64,000 nucleotides of DNA from Spirochaetaceae bacterium (GCA_051531975.1 JAOPTT010000009.1:128001-192000); one strand, 5' to 3'. Counted from the first letter of the stretch, positions 8,650 to 19,990 are shown. Notes: a model not told the origin generated them from the sequence alone. Program-made: numbers and translations.

Positions 8650-10923
8650 ATGGACAATAAAAAAATCTACCGGAATTCTATAAATTCTCAAAAAATATAT
8701 TTTTTATATAATGCTATGAGAAGTAGCGTTATTGCTAATCTACTAGCATGCCTAATTGTAAGCTTTTTCCTATGGAATAAAATCCCAACAAAAAACCTAA
8801 TTATATGGGCAGGATCAATATCCTTTATCACTATCATTAGGTTAATAACTTATTACTTATTTAAAAACAGAAGTAATATTAACTTAAATTTTTTCTATAA
8901 ACTATTTTTTGTTTTAATGATAATAACAGCACTTTTATGGGGTTTTTCAGGGTTTATTATTTTCTCAACAAACAGTACTACAAATAGTGTTATTTTAATC
9001 TGCATTTTGGGTATATCTTTAGGATCAATATCTTCTCTTTCAAGTGATTTATATGCAATATATTCATATCAGACAGCACTTCTGATTCCAATTTTATTTA
9101 GACTTATTACATATAATAATGATCATAATACAACTTTGGCAGCACTAATATCTCTTTTTTATATTTTTATATTAGTTATTGGTACAAAGATTCAAAAAAC
9201 TATATTCCAAAATATTATGTTTAAAGAGAGGCATAAAAAAAATATTGAAGAACTACAGATCAGTGAAAGCAAATTTAAAACAATTTTTAACCATGCTCCT
9301 GTTGGTATTTTTTATTTTAATTCTGACCTTATAATATATGACTGTAATATGGAATTTTGTAAGATATTAGAGGCACCTAAAGAGAGTCTAATTGATTTAG
9401 ATATGCATAATCTAAAAGATAAAAGAGTCTTAAAAGCTATGAAAGATACTTTTATCTTTACAACAGGCTCATACGATGGTGAATATGTTACAACTTTAGC
9501 AGATCATAAAATATGGATTACTCTAAATTGCTCCCCTTCTTACGATGAAAATAACAATATTGTTGGAGCTGTGGGTATCGTTCAGGACAGAACAGAGATG
9601 CAACTTGCAGAAGAGAGAGTTTTACATTTAGCTTATCATGATAATTTAACGGCTTTACCAAATAGACTTTTATTAAAAGATCGAATCAAACAAGCATTAA
9701 CTCAGAATAAAAGAAGTAATTTTTATGGTGCTATTCTATTTCTTGATCTAGATAAATTTAAGTCAATAAACGATACATTAGGCCACTATATTGGGGATTT
9801 AATTTTAAAAGAGACTGCAGAAAGATTAAAATCCATCCTACGAACCGAGGATACTGTTGCAAGAATAGGTGGAGATGAATTTGTTATTTTATTACCTAAA
9901 TTACATGAGAGTGTGGATTCATCAATTGTTTCTGTTAATTTAGTTGCAGATAAAATACATAAAGTAATTAAGCAGCCATTTTACCATATTGAGAAAACAC
10001 TTTATACCTCAACAAGTATTGGTGTAAATATATTTTCCAATGATGAACAAACAATAGATGATCTTTTGAAAAATGCTGATACGGCTATGTATGAAGCAAA
10101 AAGTAATGGCAGAGGTAGTACCCACTTTTTTAGTAAAGAGATGAATGTTGAACTATCTAGAAGATTAGAATTAGAAAACAACTTAAGATTAGCTCTTGAA
10201 AACAATGAGTTAAAAACATTTTTCCAACCAATATATAACGGTATTACTCGTGAATTAGTAGGGGCTGAAACACTACTTCGTTGGGAGCATCCAGTAATGG
10301 GTATGATATCTCCAGTTGATTTTATACCATTAGCTGAAGAGACTAATTTGATTATTCCTATTGGTGAGTGGATAATAGAGCAGGTATGTAAAAAAATTGA
10401 TGAGTGGAGAGGGAAGTTTGTAAAAAAACTGAAATATATATCCATTAACGTATCAGTTAATCAACTAAGACAGGACAATTTTGTAGATATCATGCTTAAG
10501 TATACAACGTTATATAATATTCCAACAGAAATGATACTTCTAGAGATAACTGAGAGTATTTTGATTGGAAATTTTAACTTTGCAGCAAAAACTATCTCTA
10601 AACTTAGAAGCGAAGGTTTCCGTTTTGCATTAGATGACTTTGGAACAGGTTATTCATCTTTAACTTATTTAAAAAAATTAGAAATAGATGTAATTAAAAT
10701 AGACCGGGCATTTGTGCAAGATATTAATAACAACAAAAATGATGTTGCCCTTGTTGAGGCTATTTTATCTTTAGCTAATAACTTTAATATGGGTATTGTT
10801 GTAGAAGGTGTAGAAGAGACAAAACAGTTAAAGTTACTAACTTCCATGGGATGTACATATTTCCAAGGGTACTACTTTAGTAAACCTCTGCCAGCAAATG
10901 ATTTTCAGATATTATTAAATTAG
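8650..10923 (+). CDS. Membrane-bound PAS-GGDEF-EAL c-di-GMP metabolising protein
   Basis: N-terminal TM helices, PAS, HDNLTALPNR, DLDKFK, RxxD I-site, GGDEF, ETL(L)RW, DDFGTGYSS, EGVE. Confidence 0.93.
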   Translation: MDNKKIYRNSINSQKIYFLYNAMRSSVIANLLACLIVSFFLWNKIPTKNLIIWAGSISFITIIRLITYYLFKNRSNINLNFFYKLFFVLMIITALLWGFSGFIIFSTNSTTNSVILICILGISLGSISSLSSDLYAIYSYQTALLIPILFRLITYNNDHNTTLAALISLFYIFILVIGTKIQKTIFQNIMFKERHKKNIEELQISESKFKTIFNHAPVGIFYFNSDLIIYDCNMEFCKILEAPKESLIDLDMHNLKDKRVLKAMKDTFIFTTGSYDGEYVTTLADHKIWITLNCSPSYDENNNIVGAVGIVQDRTEMQLAEERVLHLAYHDNLTALPNRLLLKDRIKQALTQNKRSNFYGAILFLDLDKFKSINDTLGHYIGDLILKETAERLKSILRTEDTVARIGGDEFVILLPKLHESVDSSIVSVNLVADKIHKVIKQPFYHIEKTLYTSTSIGVNIFSNDEQTIDDLLKNADTAMYEAKSNGRGSTHFFSKEMNVELSRRLELENNLRLALENNELKTFFQPIYNGITRELVGAETLLRWEHPVMGMISPVDFIPLAEETNLIIPIGEWIIEQVCKKIDEWRGKFVKKLKYISINVSVNQLRQDNFVDIMLKYTTLYNIPTEMILLEITESILIGNFNFAAKTISKLRSEGFRFALDDFGTGYSSLTYLKKLEIDVIKIDRAFVQDINNNKNDVALVEAILSLANNFNMGIVVEGVEETKQLKLLTSMGCTYFQGYYFSKPLPANDFQILLN

Positions 10924-11020
10924 AAATGCTACAGTTTATAACGTTAATATAATAGTAGTCCATTAACTAGAGTTTATTTACAAAGGTTCGGGACTCATTA
11001 AATAAATACAGGAGTTTTAT

Positions 11021-11437
11021 ATGAAGTTTTTACATACAATGATTCGGGTATTAGACCCTATTAAAACTATAGAGTTTTTTGAACTTTTAGGTTTAAAGGA
11101 GACAAGAAGAAAAGACGTCCCTGGAGGTAAGTTTACTCTTATCTTTTTAGCAGTATCTCCAGGAGAACCAGAAATTGAGTTAACCCATAATTGGGATCAG
11201 ACAAAAGAGTATACTGGTGGAAGAAATTTTGGACATTTAGCATTTGCAGTTGATAATATTTATGAAACTTGTCAGAGACTTAAAGATAGTGGTGTAGAAA
11301 TTTTAAGACCACCAAGAGATGGACATATGGCATTTGTACGTTCCCCAGATTTGATATCTATAGAGATATTACAGGAAGGTAAAACTTTAGAACCTATAGA
11401 GCCATGGTTAAGTATGCCTAATCAAGGTGAATGGTAA
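11021..11437 (+). CDS. gloA: Lactoylglutathione lyase (glyoxalase I)
   Basis: [34 protein letters not shown]. Confidence 0.9.
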   Translation: MKFLHTMIRVLDPIKTIEFFELLGLKETRRKDVPGGKFTLIFLAVSPGEPEIELTHNWDQTKEYTGGRNFGHLAFAVDNIYETCQRLKDSGVEILRPPRDGHMAFVRSPDLISIEILQEGKTLEPIEPWLSMPNQGEW

Positions 11438-11529
11438 TTAAAAATCTTGTAGAATATATGTAACCTTTAATTTCCCTATTTGTATTGACGACAAAACAAA
11501 CTGAAGTTATTATGACTTAGGAGTTTTTA

Positions 11530-12468
11530 ATGAGTAATAATAAACCAATGTTTGTGTCTTTTGGATTTGACGATAATGGCTTTTCAGGAGTTTCAGCCCC
11601 TAATGATGTAGGTGGTGTAAAATGGGCATCAGAACTATTTAAAAAATATGGAAGTGCTTCATTTTTTTTAGCGACTCATTTCATAACCGGGGAAGTTCCG
11701 GATTCTGAACCAGCAGAACTTGTTTTAGAGCAGTGGGAATGTTTATTAAAAAATGGTCACGATGTAGGGAACCATACACATTCACACTCCTATGGTACAG
11801 ATTACTCTCCAGAACAGTGGGAAGCAGAGATTTTAAAGTGCGAAAACTTATTAACTTCAGCTCCTCCAGTGGGAATAGGTCATAAAAAAGAGAACCTTAT
11901 TGGTTTTAGAACTCCTTATTTAGCAGAGAACAGACACACACTACCTACTGTAGAAAAACTTGGTTATAGATATGACTGCTCTTTAGAAGAAGGTTGGGAC
12001 AGTGAATTTGATGGTACAAATTTCGAATGGCCATCTAAGATCGGTAAAATGTGGGAAATGCCATGTTATCCAGTTATCATTCCCCCAGATGAATTATGTG
12101 AAAAGTATGGCGTGGAGAAAGGTTTTAGGGCATCAAAGGATGGAATAGGACCAGATGATGAACCATTTGATGTTGAAGACGGTAAAATTACAGGCCTAGA
12201 TTATAACATGTTAGTCTCCTTCAAAATGAATAAAAAAGAGTTTTTAGCAACCTTAAAGTATACTTTCGACTTAAGGATAAATGGAAACAGATGCCCTATG
12301 CTAATTGGAGCGCATACAGATTTTTATGTTCCATGTTTTGATTTGGCACCAAATATAAATGCAAAAGAGATGAGAGATGTTATTGAAGAGTTTTTAGCCT
12401 ATGTAAAAACATTTAAAGATGTGCAAATTATCTCGTTTAGGGATGTTATCAGTTGGATGGAAAAGTAA
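11530..12468 (+). CDS. Polysaccharide deacetylase family protein (NodB-like)
   Basis: FGFDDNG, GNHTHSH, GFRTPYL, YDCS motifs. Confidence 0.85.
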   Translation: MSNNKPMFVSFGFDDNGFSGVSAPNDVGGVKWASELFKKYGSASFFLATHFITGEVPDSEPAELVLEQWECLLKNGHDVGNHTHSHSYGTDYSPEQWEAEILKCENLLTSAPPVGIGHKKENLIGFRTPYLAENRHTLPTVEKLGYRYDCSLEEGWDSEFDGTNFEWPSKIGKMWEMPCYPVIIPPDELCEKYGVEKGFRASKDGIGPDDEPFDVEDGKITGLDYNMLVSFKMNKKEFLATLKYTFDLRINGNRCPMLIGAHTDFYVPCFDLAPNINAKEMRDVIEEFLAYVKTFKDVQIISFRDVISWMEK

Positions 12469-12618
12469 AAATACTTCGCTGAAACTAATAATATACTAAG
12501 GTGTAAATAATAAATATTTAACATATAAAAAGAGGAATCATAAAAGTTATATATTTTTTATATTAGTTTCTTTATATATTTCTTTGAATGTGTTGGCTTT
12601 AACACCTATAATGACTGT

Positions 12619-14145
12619 ATGACAGACTTTGATTCAACATATAATTATAATAAAAACAAATATAATCCCCACATCCCTCCTCTTAAAAATAAACTAAAAA
12701 GAGCAGGGATTTTCCCTTATTTGTTTATAGAAAAAAAGAAGATAAAAAAGTGGAACAAAAAAGCTGGTTTCATAGATTTTACTTCTCTAAGCACAAAGTT
12801 GACACTTAATAGAGAGTTTAAGGAACAATTTGATAAACTATTTCTTGACCACTTATTTCAAATATCTAAACATCTAGATGAGATTTTAAAAAATGGTTGG
12901 AAATTAAAATTTATCTCTATCTGGGAATACAATGTTATGGTCAATTTTAAAGACTTTTATGACAAGTTTTACCAGGTAATAAAGGAAGAGGAGATTTTAA
13001 AAGAGGATTTTTTAAGGCTTGAAAGAGCATATGTTAAAATTTCATACCGGGGAAGTTATTCTGATACCATAATATCCGTATTTGTTAGATACCTTAAGAG
13101 ATATAACAAATTCTACGAAGATAGTCAGGAAAAGTATGATAATATTTTAGCCAGACTAGAATTGTTCTTTAAAATTGATCCATCAGTTAGCTCGTTAAGA
13201 GAATTAATACTTACATATAATATTGTGAAATATAGGGTCGGTTATAAGTGGGGAGATGTTTTTCCACCTCTTGGTCATGATATTGTACAAAATGAGTGGT
13301 ATAACTGTAGTAAAGAAGTTTTCGAGAATATGTTTGGTTATTATAAAAGTCTTAAAAAGACTATTAAAGAACTTAAAGTTGAGAATGAAGAACTATTACG
13401 TTTCAAGAATAACTGTAACATTGATAAAAGTAAGACTCCACCAATACTAATGGAATATTATGAAGAGTTAGGTCATAGTTGGGATAAAGATAAGTCTAAT
13501 TACCATTTAATGTTTCTATTTTTAGCAGAAGGAATAATTAAAGACTTAGATTCCCTAATATTTAAGTCTTGGTATCTTCTAAAAGAGAATGAAGTTGAAG
13601 TCCATCAGCGTCTTATATCCGATAATGAACTACCTCAACTTCATCGAAATCTTGATAGAGAGTTTAAAATGGCATTTAACTATTTTGATGCAGATACTTC
13701 GGTTGGAATATCTGTTGATGTATTTAAGAAACTTGATAGTCCTGAACTAGCTACAAACTCTACAAAACAGAAGAAGATGCTTATTTGCTTCACAGAAATA
13801 CTAAAAATAATATTTGAAATATCACAAATACTTCTTTCTTATGGTGATGTTGCTATAGAAACTAACTATGCTAACTTCCCATACTTAAAATATATGTTAA
13901 ACGCTCCTAAATTATGGACAGGTAAGCCAGTTTTTGCCCTATTTAATTACAATATTGAACTGTTGTGGACCTTTTGTTCATTTTTTCGCCATAATACATT
14001 CGATAATTTAGAACATCGGTTAATAGAAATTAGTAAAACTCTAAATAACTTAACTGAAGAGAAAAAGAGAATAGATACATATAATATTATTGATAATGCA
14101 ATTAACCCAAAGACCACCCCTCAGGATCCTAAAAGTGATAAATAG
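12619..14145 (+). CDS. Hypothetical protein (508 aa, helical)
   Basis: Long ORF preceded by TTGAAT-17-TATAAT; no recognised motif. Confidence 0.7.
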   Translation: MTDFDSTYNYNKNKYNPHIPPLKNKLKRAGIFPYLFIEKKKIKKWNKKAGFIDFTSLSTKLTLNREFKEQFDKLFLDHLFQISKHLDEILKNGWKLKFISIWEYNVMVNFKDFYDKFYQVIKEEEILKEDFLRLERAYVKISYRGSYSDTIISVFVRYLKRYNKFYEDSQEKYDNILARLELFFKIDPSVSSLRELILTYNIVKYRVGYKWGDVFPPLGHDIVQNEWYNCSKEVFENMFGYYKSLKKTIKELKVENEELLRFKNNCNIDKSKTPPILMEYYEELGHSWDKDKSNYHLMFLFLAEGIIKDLDSLIFKSWYLLKENEVEVHQRLISDNELPQLHRNLDREFKMAFNYFDADTSVGISVDVFKKLDSPELATNSTKQKKMLICFTEILKIIFEISQILLSYGDVAIETNYANFPYLKYMLNAPKLWTGKPVFALFNYNIELLWTFCSFFRHNTFDNLEHRLIEISKTLNNLTEEKKRIDTYNIIDNAINPKTTPQDPKSDK

Positions 14146-14536
14146 GTATAAACTTAGCAGCTTATACTCTTTTACTAAGATATTAGTGGTAGATGATGTT
14201 TTTTATCTGAAGCGTACTATATCTAACATTTTGACAGATGCTGGTTATTTCGTTTTATCAGCATCATCTGGTACTGAAGCAATAGAGAAGTTTAAGAAGT
14301 ACAGCCCAGATTTTATTGCCACAAGTGAAACATTATGTGATATGACAGCCTTAGATCTGATTTTAAGGATTCGGGAAGAAGAAGAGGTAAAAAGAACTAG
14401 GTTTATATTTGTCTCAGCTAGAAAGGACACTGATAGACTTAGACCAGAACTCACCGATCTTATAGATATTATTGCAACAGTTCCAATTAACAAGTTTGAG
14501 TTAGAGTTGTCTATTAAGGATTTTTTACCTAAATAA
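14135..14536 (+). CDS. Single-domain receiver protein, atypical (pseudo-receiver)
   Basis: KILVVDD..L..AGY.V..ASSG.EA receiver fold; phosphoacceptor position reads FIATS; start inferred at GTG 14135. Confidence 0.7.
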   Translation: MINRYKLSSLYSFTKILVVDDVFYLKRTISNILTDAGYFVLSASSGTEAIEKFKKYSPDFIATSETLCDMTALDLILRIREEEEVKRTRFIFVSARKDTDRLRPELTDLIDIIATVPINKFELELSIKDFLPK

Positions 14537-14650
14537 AACAGACTTATCAATATAATCTAGACCTACAAGATAGCAATCAAACATATATTAAAATTATATG
14601 TTTATGCAATTTTAATATCTTTTTCTGAAGTAATCTGTGATAATAAATCT

Positions 14651-15868
14651 ATGAAAGTTTTACACACCTCGGATTGGCACTTAGGTCGTTCATTATATGG
14701 AAAAACTAGGTATAAAGAGTTCTCAGATTTTTTAGACTGGTTAATTGAAACTATTACATCTGGGGATATCGGTATTCTGTTAGTTGCAGGGGATATTTTT
14801 GATACTACAACTCCAGGAAATAGAGCCCAGGAGCTTTATTATAATTTTCTATTTAATATATCTAAAACATGTTGTCGGCACATTGTTATAACAGCAGGAA
14901 ATCATGACTCTCCATCTTTTTTAAGTGCTCCTAAATCTCTTTTAAAGTTTTTAAATGTACATGTAATTGGATCATTAACTTCTGATATTAAAGATGAAGT
15001 AATACAGTTATACGATAAACAAAATAATTTAGAAGCTATAATTTGTGCAGTCCCATATTTAAGAGATAAAGATATAAGAACAGTTGAACTTGCAGAGAGT
15101 TCAGATGATAAAAATAGAAACCTAATTAATGCAATGTTAATACACTATAAAGATGTTTGTGATTATGCATTAACATTAAAAAAGATCAATACTCCAATTA
15201 TTGCAATGGGACATCTTTTTGCAACAGGTGGTAAAACTCTAGATGGTGATGGAGTTCGAGAACTCTATGTTGGTTCTTTAGCTCATATTGGTGCCGAACT
15301 GTTTCCAAGTTATTTAGACTATGTTGCCCTTGGACATCTACATGTACCACAGAAAATTGGTGGTTTAGAACACATTAGATATTCAGGTTCACCTATACCT
15401 ATGGGGTTTGGGGAAGCGGCTCAACAGAAGATTGTATTAGTTGTCGACTTTAAATCTTCAGAGAGATTAATAAATAAGATAAATGTTCCATGTTTTCAAC
15501 CATTAAAAAGAATTACAGGAAACTTGGAAAAGATAATATCTGGAATTACAGAACTTAAAGATCTACATAATGACGCTTGGTTAGAAATCGAGTTTACAGG
15601 AACAGAGATTGTTCCAAATATTCAGGAGCTATTAGAAGAAGCCATAACCGGCAGTAAAATGGAAATAAGGTGTATTAAAAACAGACGTTTAGTACAAAGA
15701 GTTATGGATATCCAAGATATAAATGAGACCCTAGATGACCTGAATACCACGGATGTTTTTAACAGATGTTTAAATGTTCATAATATTACTGCTGATGATA
15801 AAGTTTTACTATCAGAGCTATATTCCCAGATTATTACCTCTATAGAAGAGGAGGATGTTAACCTATGA
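14651..15868 (+). CDS. sbcD: Exonuclease SbcCD subunit D
   Basis: HTSDWHLG, AGDIFD, AGNHDS, ALGHLH, RYSGSP. Confidence 0.95.
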   Translation: MKVLHTSDWHLGRSLYGKTRYKEFSDFLDWLIETITSGDIGILLVAGDIFDTTTPGNRAQELYYNFLFNISKTCCRHIVITAGNHDSPSFLSAPKSLLKFLNVHVIGSLTSDIKDEVIQLYDKQNNLEAIICAVPYLRDKDIRTVELAESSDDKNRNLINAMLIHYKDVCDYALTLKKINTPIIAMGHLFATGGKTLDGDGVRELYVGSLAHIGAELFPSYLDYVALGHLHVPQKIGGLEHIRYSGSPIPMGFGEAAQQKIVLVVDFKSSERLINKINVPCFQPLKRITGNLEKIISGITELKDLHNDAWLEIEFTGTEIVPNIQELLEEAITGSKMEIRCIKNRRLVQRVMDIQDINETLDDLNTTDVFNRCLNVHNITADDKVLLSELYSQIITSIEEEDVNL

Positions 15869-18800
15869 AAATATTAGGATTGCGTTTTAAAAACCTAAAC
15901 TCTTTATATGGTGAATGGTCCATTGATTTTACTGATGAAGAATATATATCTAACGGTATTTTTGCAATTACAGGACAAACTGGGGCTGGGAAATCCACAA
16001 TTTTAGACGCGATCTGTTTGGCTCTGTATGGTTCAACACCAAGGCTTAATTTAATTACTAAAAGTTCCAACGAGATAATGTCTAGACAGACAGGGGATTG
16101 TTATGCAGAGGTTATATTTAAGGTTAACGATGGCATTTTTAGATGTCATTGGAGCCAACATAGAGCTAGAAAAAAAGCTGATGGAAAACTTGGAGATTCA
16201 GTACATGAAATATCCGATGTTAACACTGGAAAAGTACTAGAAAGTAAAAAGAAAGATGTTGCCCGTGCTGTAATTGAAAAAACAGGAATGGATTTAGATC
16301 GATTTACAAGGTCAATTTTATTAGCTCAAGGTGGATTTACGGCTTTCTTAAAGGCAACCGCCGACGAGAGAGCACCTATTTTAGAGCAGATAACTGGAAC
16401 TGAGATCTACAGTACGATCTCTATAAAAATACATGAGAAACAAAAATCTGAACAAGAGAAACTTACAATTTTAGCAGCGGAAACTAAGGGTATAACTTTT
16501 TTAACCTCCGAGGAAGAGGTTGCATTAAACCAAGACCTAGAAGGTAAGATTACTTTAGAAAGCAAAGTCTCAGCACATCATAATGAACTTAATAGAATGA
16601 TTAATTGGTTAACCGGTATAGATTCTCTAAGAAATGAGTCTAAAATCTTAAAAACCGATTATGAAAAAGTTAAAACAGACATCGAGATCTTTAAGCCTAA
16701 TAAAAACCGACTGTTATTGGCCAATAAAGCTTCTGAGTTAGATGGAATTTATACAGAATTAACTACATTAAGACAACTGCAGGATCATGATACAAAGTTC
16801 TTAAACAATAATTTAACCTTTATTCCTAAACTAAAATCTACTGTAAAAGAAAAAACTACAAAACTTGAAGTCAATGAGCAAAAGTTAACTAAACTACAAG
16901 AAGAGTACAAACTTGAGCTTGGTTTAATAAACAGGGTTCAAGAGCTTGATATAAAAATTGACCAGAATGTAAGTAGTCTTAAGATAACTAATAATGAGTT
17001 AAAAGAGATTGTAGATCGGGTGAACTTAAATAGAGAAAATGTAAAAAACATCAGTCTTAAAAAAGTTGGTCTACAAAAAGAGTTCGAGGATATTAATAGT
17101 TTTTTAGAAAAGTTTGATTATAGTATATTAAATCAAAAGCTAGGTGGAATTAAGTTATTATCAGACGGTATCACAAATATAAAAACAGATTTAATTAACA
17201 AGGAATTAGTTTCTAATAAGTTAAATATATCTAATGGTCAAATAAATAGTAAATTCCAGACTGAAATGGTTATTTTAAAAGGTCTTGAAAGTCAGAAAGA
17301 AGAGTATATCCTTGCCATAAAAGATCAAAAAAAATCAATGGAAGATCTTCTAAATGGTAAACTTTTACGTGAGTATCAAAACGAATTAAAATCTTTACGA
17401 GAGAAAAGGTTGCTTCTTGCTAAAATATCATCTTTAGAAGTTGCTAGGGATCAGTTAAAAGATGGCTTAGAGTGCCCACTATGTGGTTCTAAGGAGCACC
17501 CTTTTGCAGTAGGTAATATACCAGAAGTTAGTTCTGTTGATGGTGAAATAAAATCTATAGAACTACTAATTTATAATCATGAGGAATTTGATACAAAGCT
17601 AAAAGATCTAGAAGTTAAACTTACAGGGATTACAAATAAAATAACTGATGCCGAGAAGAACTTAATAAAAACTAAAAGTGAACAGAATGAGATAGAAAAT
17701 AACTTAAAAAGGGAGCAGTTAGAACTTTCAGAGTTAAAATCTCGCTTTAATTCCAGTTTTGAGGCTCTAGGGATAGAATTAAAACCATATGATATCGAAT
17801 TAAAAGAAGTTGATGATACGACTGCTACTGTTTTAGACCTTAGCCAAAGGGTTTTTAAATGGCAAACCAGTAAAGAGAAGTTTGATAGTTTTACATCTAA
17901 GACTCTAGAGTTAAATAGTAAAATAGATCAGTTAGAAGCTGTTTTTAAAACAGAGGAAACTAGTCGATTAAAAAAAGAACAATCCTTAGAGATAGTTAAA
18001 ATAGAGTTAAAAGATAACCAGAATAATCGTAGAGAGTTATATGAAGATAAGGTTCCAGCTAGAGAGCAAAGTCAATTTGAAACATTGATAACTCAGGCAG
18101 AATCAAATATCAAAACTTCAAGGGATTCTAAGGTTTTGGAATCAAATAAACTTTTAGAATTAGATACTCAAAATAGATCGTTGAATAATCAAATATCTGA
18201 CAGGGAAGATGCTTTAAGGGAGAAAGAACTTGTATTTTTGGAAGAGTATAAATCTAGAGACTTTCTAATAGAATTAGACTTCGTTAACGTTAGATTAAGC
18301 AGTCAGGAACGGGAACATTTATTGTCTAAAGATAGACAATTAGAAAACCTTTTTAATACAACTTCAACTAGAATAAAGGATAGAGAAGAAACCCTACAAA
18401 AAGAGTTAAAAAGAGAGTTAACCACACTATCTATGTTAGAGCTTCAGACAGAGTTAATTGTTAATTCTACTGATGTTAAAAAACTAGGTGGAGAGATAGG
18501 TGCTATTAAAGAGAGACTAGATAATAATGCTCTAGCTATTAAACGATTAGATCAAAAAAGAGAGTTTATAGAACAGCAGCAATTAATAGTAGAAAAATGG
18601 TTAAAACTCCATAGTTTAATTGGTTCTGCCGACGGTAAAAAGTTTAGAAATTTTGCCCAAGGTTTAACTTTTGAACTTATGGTTTCCCACGCAAATAAGC
18701 AGTTAATAAGTATGACTGATAGATATATTTTAGTACGGGATAAAGAGAAGCCTTTAGAACTAAATGTAATAGATAACTATCAGGCAGGAGAGGAGAGGTC

Positions 18801-19110
18801 TACTAAAAACCTATCTGGAGGGGAGAGTTTTATTATTAGTTTATCCCTGGCTTTAGGTCTCTCTAATATGGCTAGTAACCGAGTAAAAGTTGATTCTCTG
18901 TTTTTAGATGAAGGCTTTGGTACATTAGATGAGGAAGCCTTAGAGACAGCTTTAGAAACCCTGTCTGGGCTTCATCAAACTGGTAAGTTAATTGGAATAA
19001 TTTCTCATATTCCAGCATTAAAAGATAGAATTAGCACCCAAATTCAGGTGTCTAAGGGTTCTGGTGGCCGAGGGACTATAAGTGGTCCTGGTTGTAAAAG
19101 GGTGGAGTAA
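15865..19110 (+). CDS. sbcC: Exonuclease SbcCD subunit C (SMC-like ATPase)
   Basis: GQTGAGKS, coiled coils, zinc hook CPLCG, LSGGE, LFLDEGFG; overlaps sbcD. Confidence 0.95.
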   Translation: MKILGLRFKNLNSLYGEWSIDFTDEEYISNGIFAITGQTGAGKSTILDAICLALYGSTPRLNLITKSSNEIMSRQTGDCYAEVIFKVNDGIFRCHWSQHRARKKADGKLGDSVHEISDVNTGKVLESKKKDVARAVIEKTGMDLDRFTRSILLAQGGFTAFLKATADERAPILEQITGTEIYSTISIKIHEKQKSEQEKLTILAAETKGITFLTSEEEVALNQDLEGKITLESKVSAHHNELNRMINWLTGIDSLRNESKILKTDYEKVKTDIEIFKPNKNRLLLANKASELDGIYTELTTLRQLQDHDTKFLNNNLTFIPKLKSTVKEKTTKLEVNEQKLTKLQEEYKLELGLINRVQELDIKIDQNVSSLKITNNELKEIVDRVNLNRENVKNISLKKVGLQKEFEDINSFLEKFDYSILNQKLGGIKLLSDGITNIKTDLINKELVSNKLNISNGQINSKFQTEMVILKGLESQKEEYILAIKDQKKSMEDLLNGKLLREYQNELKSLREKRLLLAKISSLEVARDQLKDGLECPLCGSKEHPFAVGNIPEVSSVDGEIKSIELLIYNHEEFDTKLKDLEVKLTGITNKITDAEKNLIKTKSEQNEIENNLKREQLELSELKSRFNSSFEALGIELKPYDIELKEVDDTTATVLDLSQRVFKWQTSKEKFDSFTSKTLELNSKIDQLEAVFKTEETSRLKKEQSLEIVKIELKDNQNNRRELYEDKVPAREQSQFETLITQAESNIKTSRDSKVLESNKLLELDTQNRSLNNQISDREDALREKELVFLEEYKSRDFLIELDFVNVRLSSQEREHLLSKDRQLENLFNTTSTRIKDREETLQKELKRELTTLSMLELQTELIVNSTDVKKLGGEIGAIKERLDNNALAIKRLDQKREFIEQQQLIVEKWLKLHSLIGSADGKKFRNFAQGLTFELMVSHANKQLISMTDRYILVRDKEKPLELNVIDNYQAGEERSTKNLSGGESFIISLSLALGLSNMASNRVKVDSLFLDEGFGTLDEEALETALETLSGLHQTGKLIGIISHIPALKDRISTQIQVSKGSGGRGTISGPGCKRVE

Positions 19111-19928
19111 TGAAAAAGAGAGTTGCAGTAATTATGAGTCAAAGTTCTAGTGTTTTAAAGTGTGTAAAACATTATAAAGACGATGTGGATTTTATACTTA
19201 TCGGTAATATTCTAGAGACAAAAGAAAAAGCAAAATCTTTAGACCTGGACCTTAACAGCTTTGAACTAATTAATGAGTGTAATGATACCCATGCTTGTGA
19301 TTTAGGCTCTTCTTTAATAGTTAATAACAGAGCAGATATAATAATGAAAGGAATTGTTCATACAGGGACTTTTATGAAATCTCTTTTTAGTCATAAAACA
19401 TCCTTAATTAGTCTTGTTTCCAGGTTTGAAATACCTACATATCACAAACCACTGTATATTACAGATGCTGGTATTAACATATCTCCAAATCTAGAACAAA
19501 AAATACAAATACTTCAGAACTCAATAGATGTTGTTAAATCTTTAGGAGTTATTAATCCAAAAGTTGCATGTATATGTCCTGTTGAAGTTGTTAATAGTAA
19601 GTTACAAAGTACAGTTGATGCAAAAGCACTATCAGATATGGAATTTACTAATACTATTGTAGAAGGGCCAATATCCTTTGACATTGCTGTATCTAAAAAA
19701 GCTGCTGATATAAAAGGATTTAACAGTGAAATATCCGGGGATGTAGATATACTTTTAATGCCAGATTTAAACTCATCAAATCCACTTTATAAATCTTTAA
19801 CACTCTTTGCAAATGCTAAGGTTTCAAGTGTTGTTGCAGGGCTTAGTTTTCCTGTTGTTTTAACTTCCAGAGCGGATAGTACTCAGGTTAAAATTGACTC
19901 TTTAAAGTTAGCTTTAGATATGAAATAG
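19110..19928 (+). CDS. ptb: Phosphate butyryltransferase / phosphate acyltransferase
   Basis: IMKGIVHT, ITDAGINISP, VEGPISFD, VLTSRADS. Confidence 0.82.
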   Translation: MKKRVAVIMSQSSSVLKCVKHYKDDVDFILIGNILETKEKAKSLDLDLNSFELINECNDTHACDLGSSLIVNNRADIIMKGIVHTGTFMKSLFSHKTSLISLVSRFEIPTYHKPLYITDAGINISPNLEQKIQILQNSIDVVKSLGVINPKVACICPVEVVNSKLQSTVDAKALSDMEFTNTIVEGPISFDIAVSKKAADIKGFNSEISGDVDILLMPDLNSSNPLYKSLTLFANAKVSSVVAGLSFPVVLTSRADSTQVKIDSLKLALDMK

Positions 19929-19990
19929 TAAAAATTAAATTATAAAATAAAGTGCTGTATTAGATTTAAGAATTAATATACTGTGTATTG

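Noticed and set aside
10924..11020. Possible riboswitch or structured leader before gloA (AGTCC/GGACT and TTTATTTA/TAAATAAA pairings)
   Set aside because: Short, AT-rich complementarity with no recognisable riboswitch consensus
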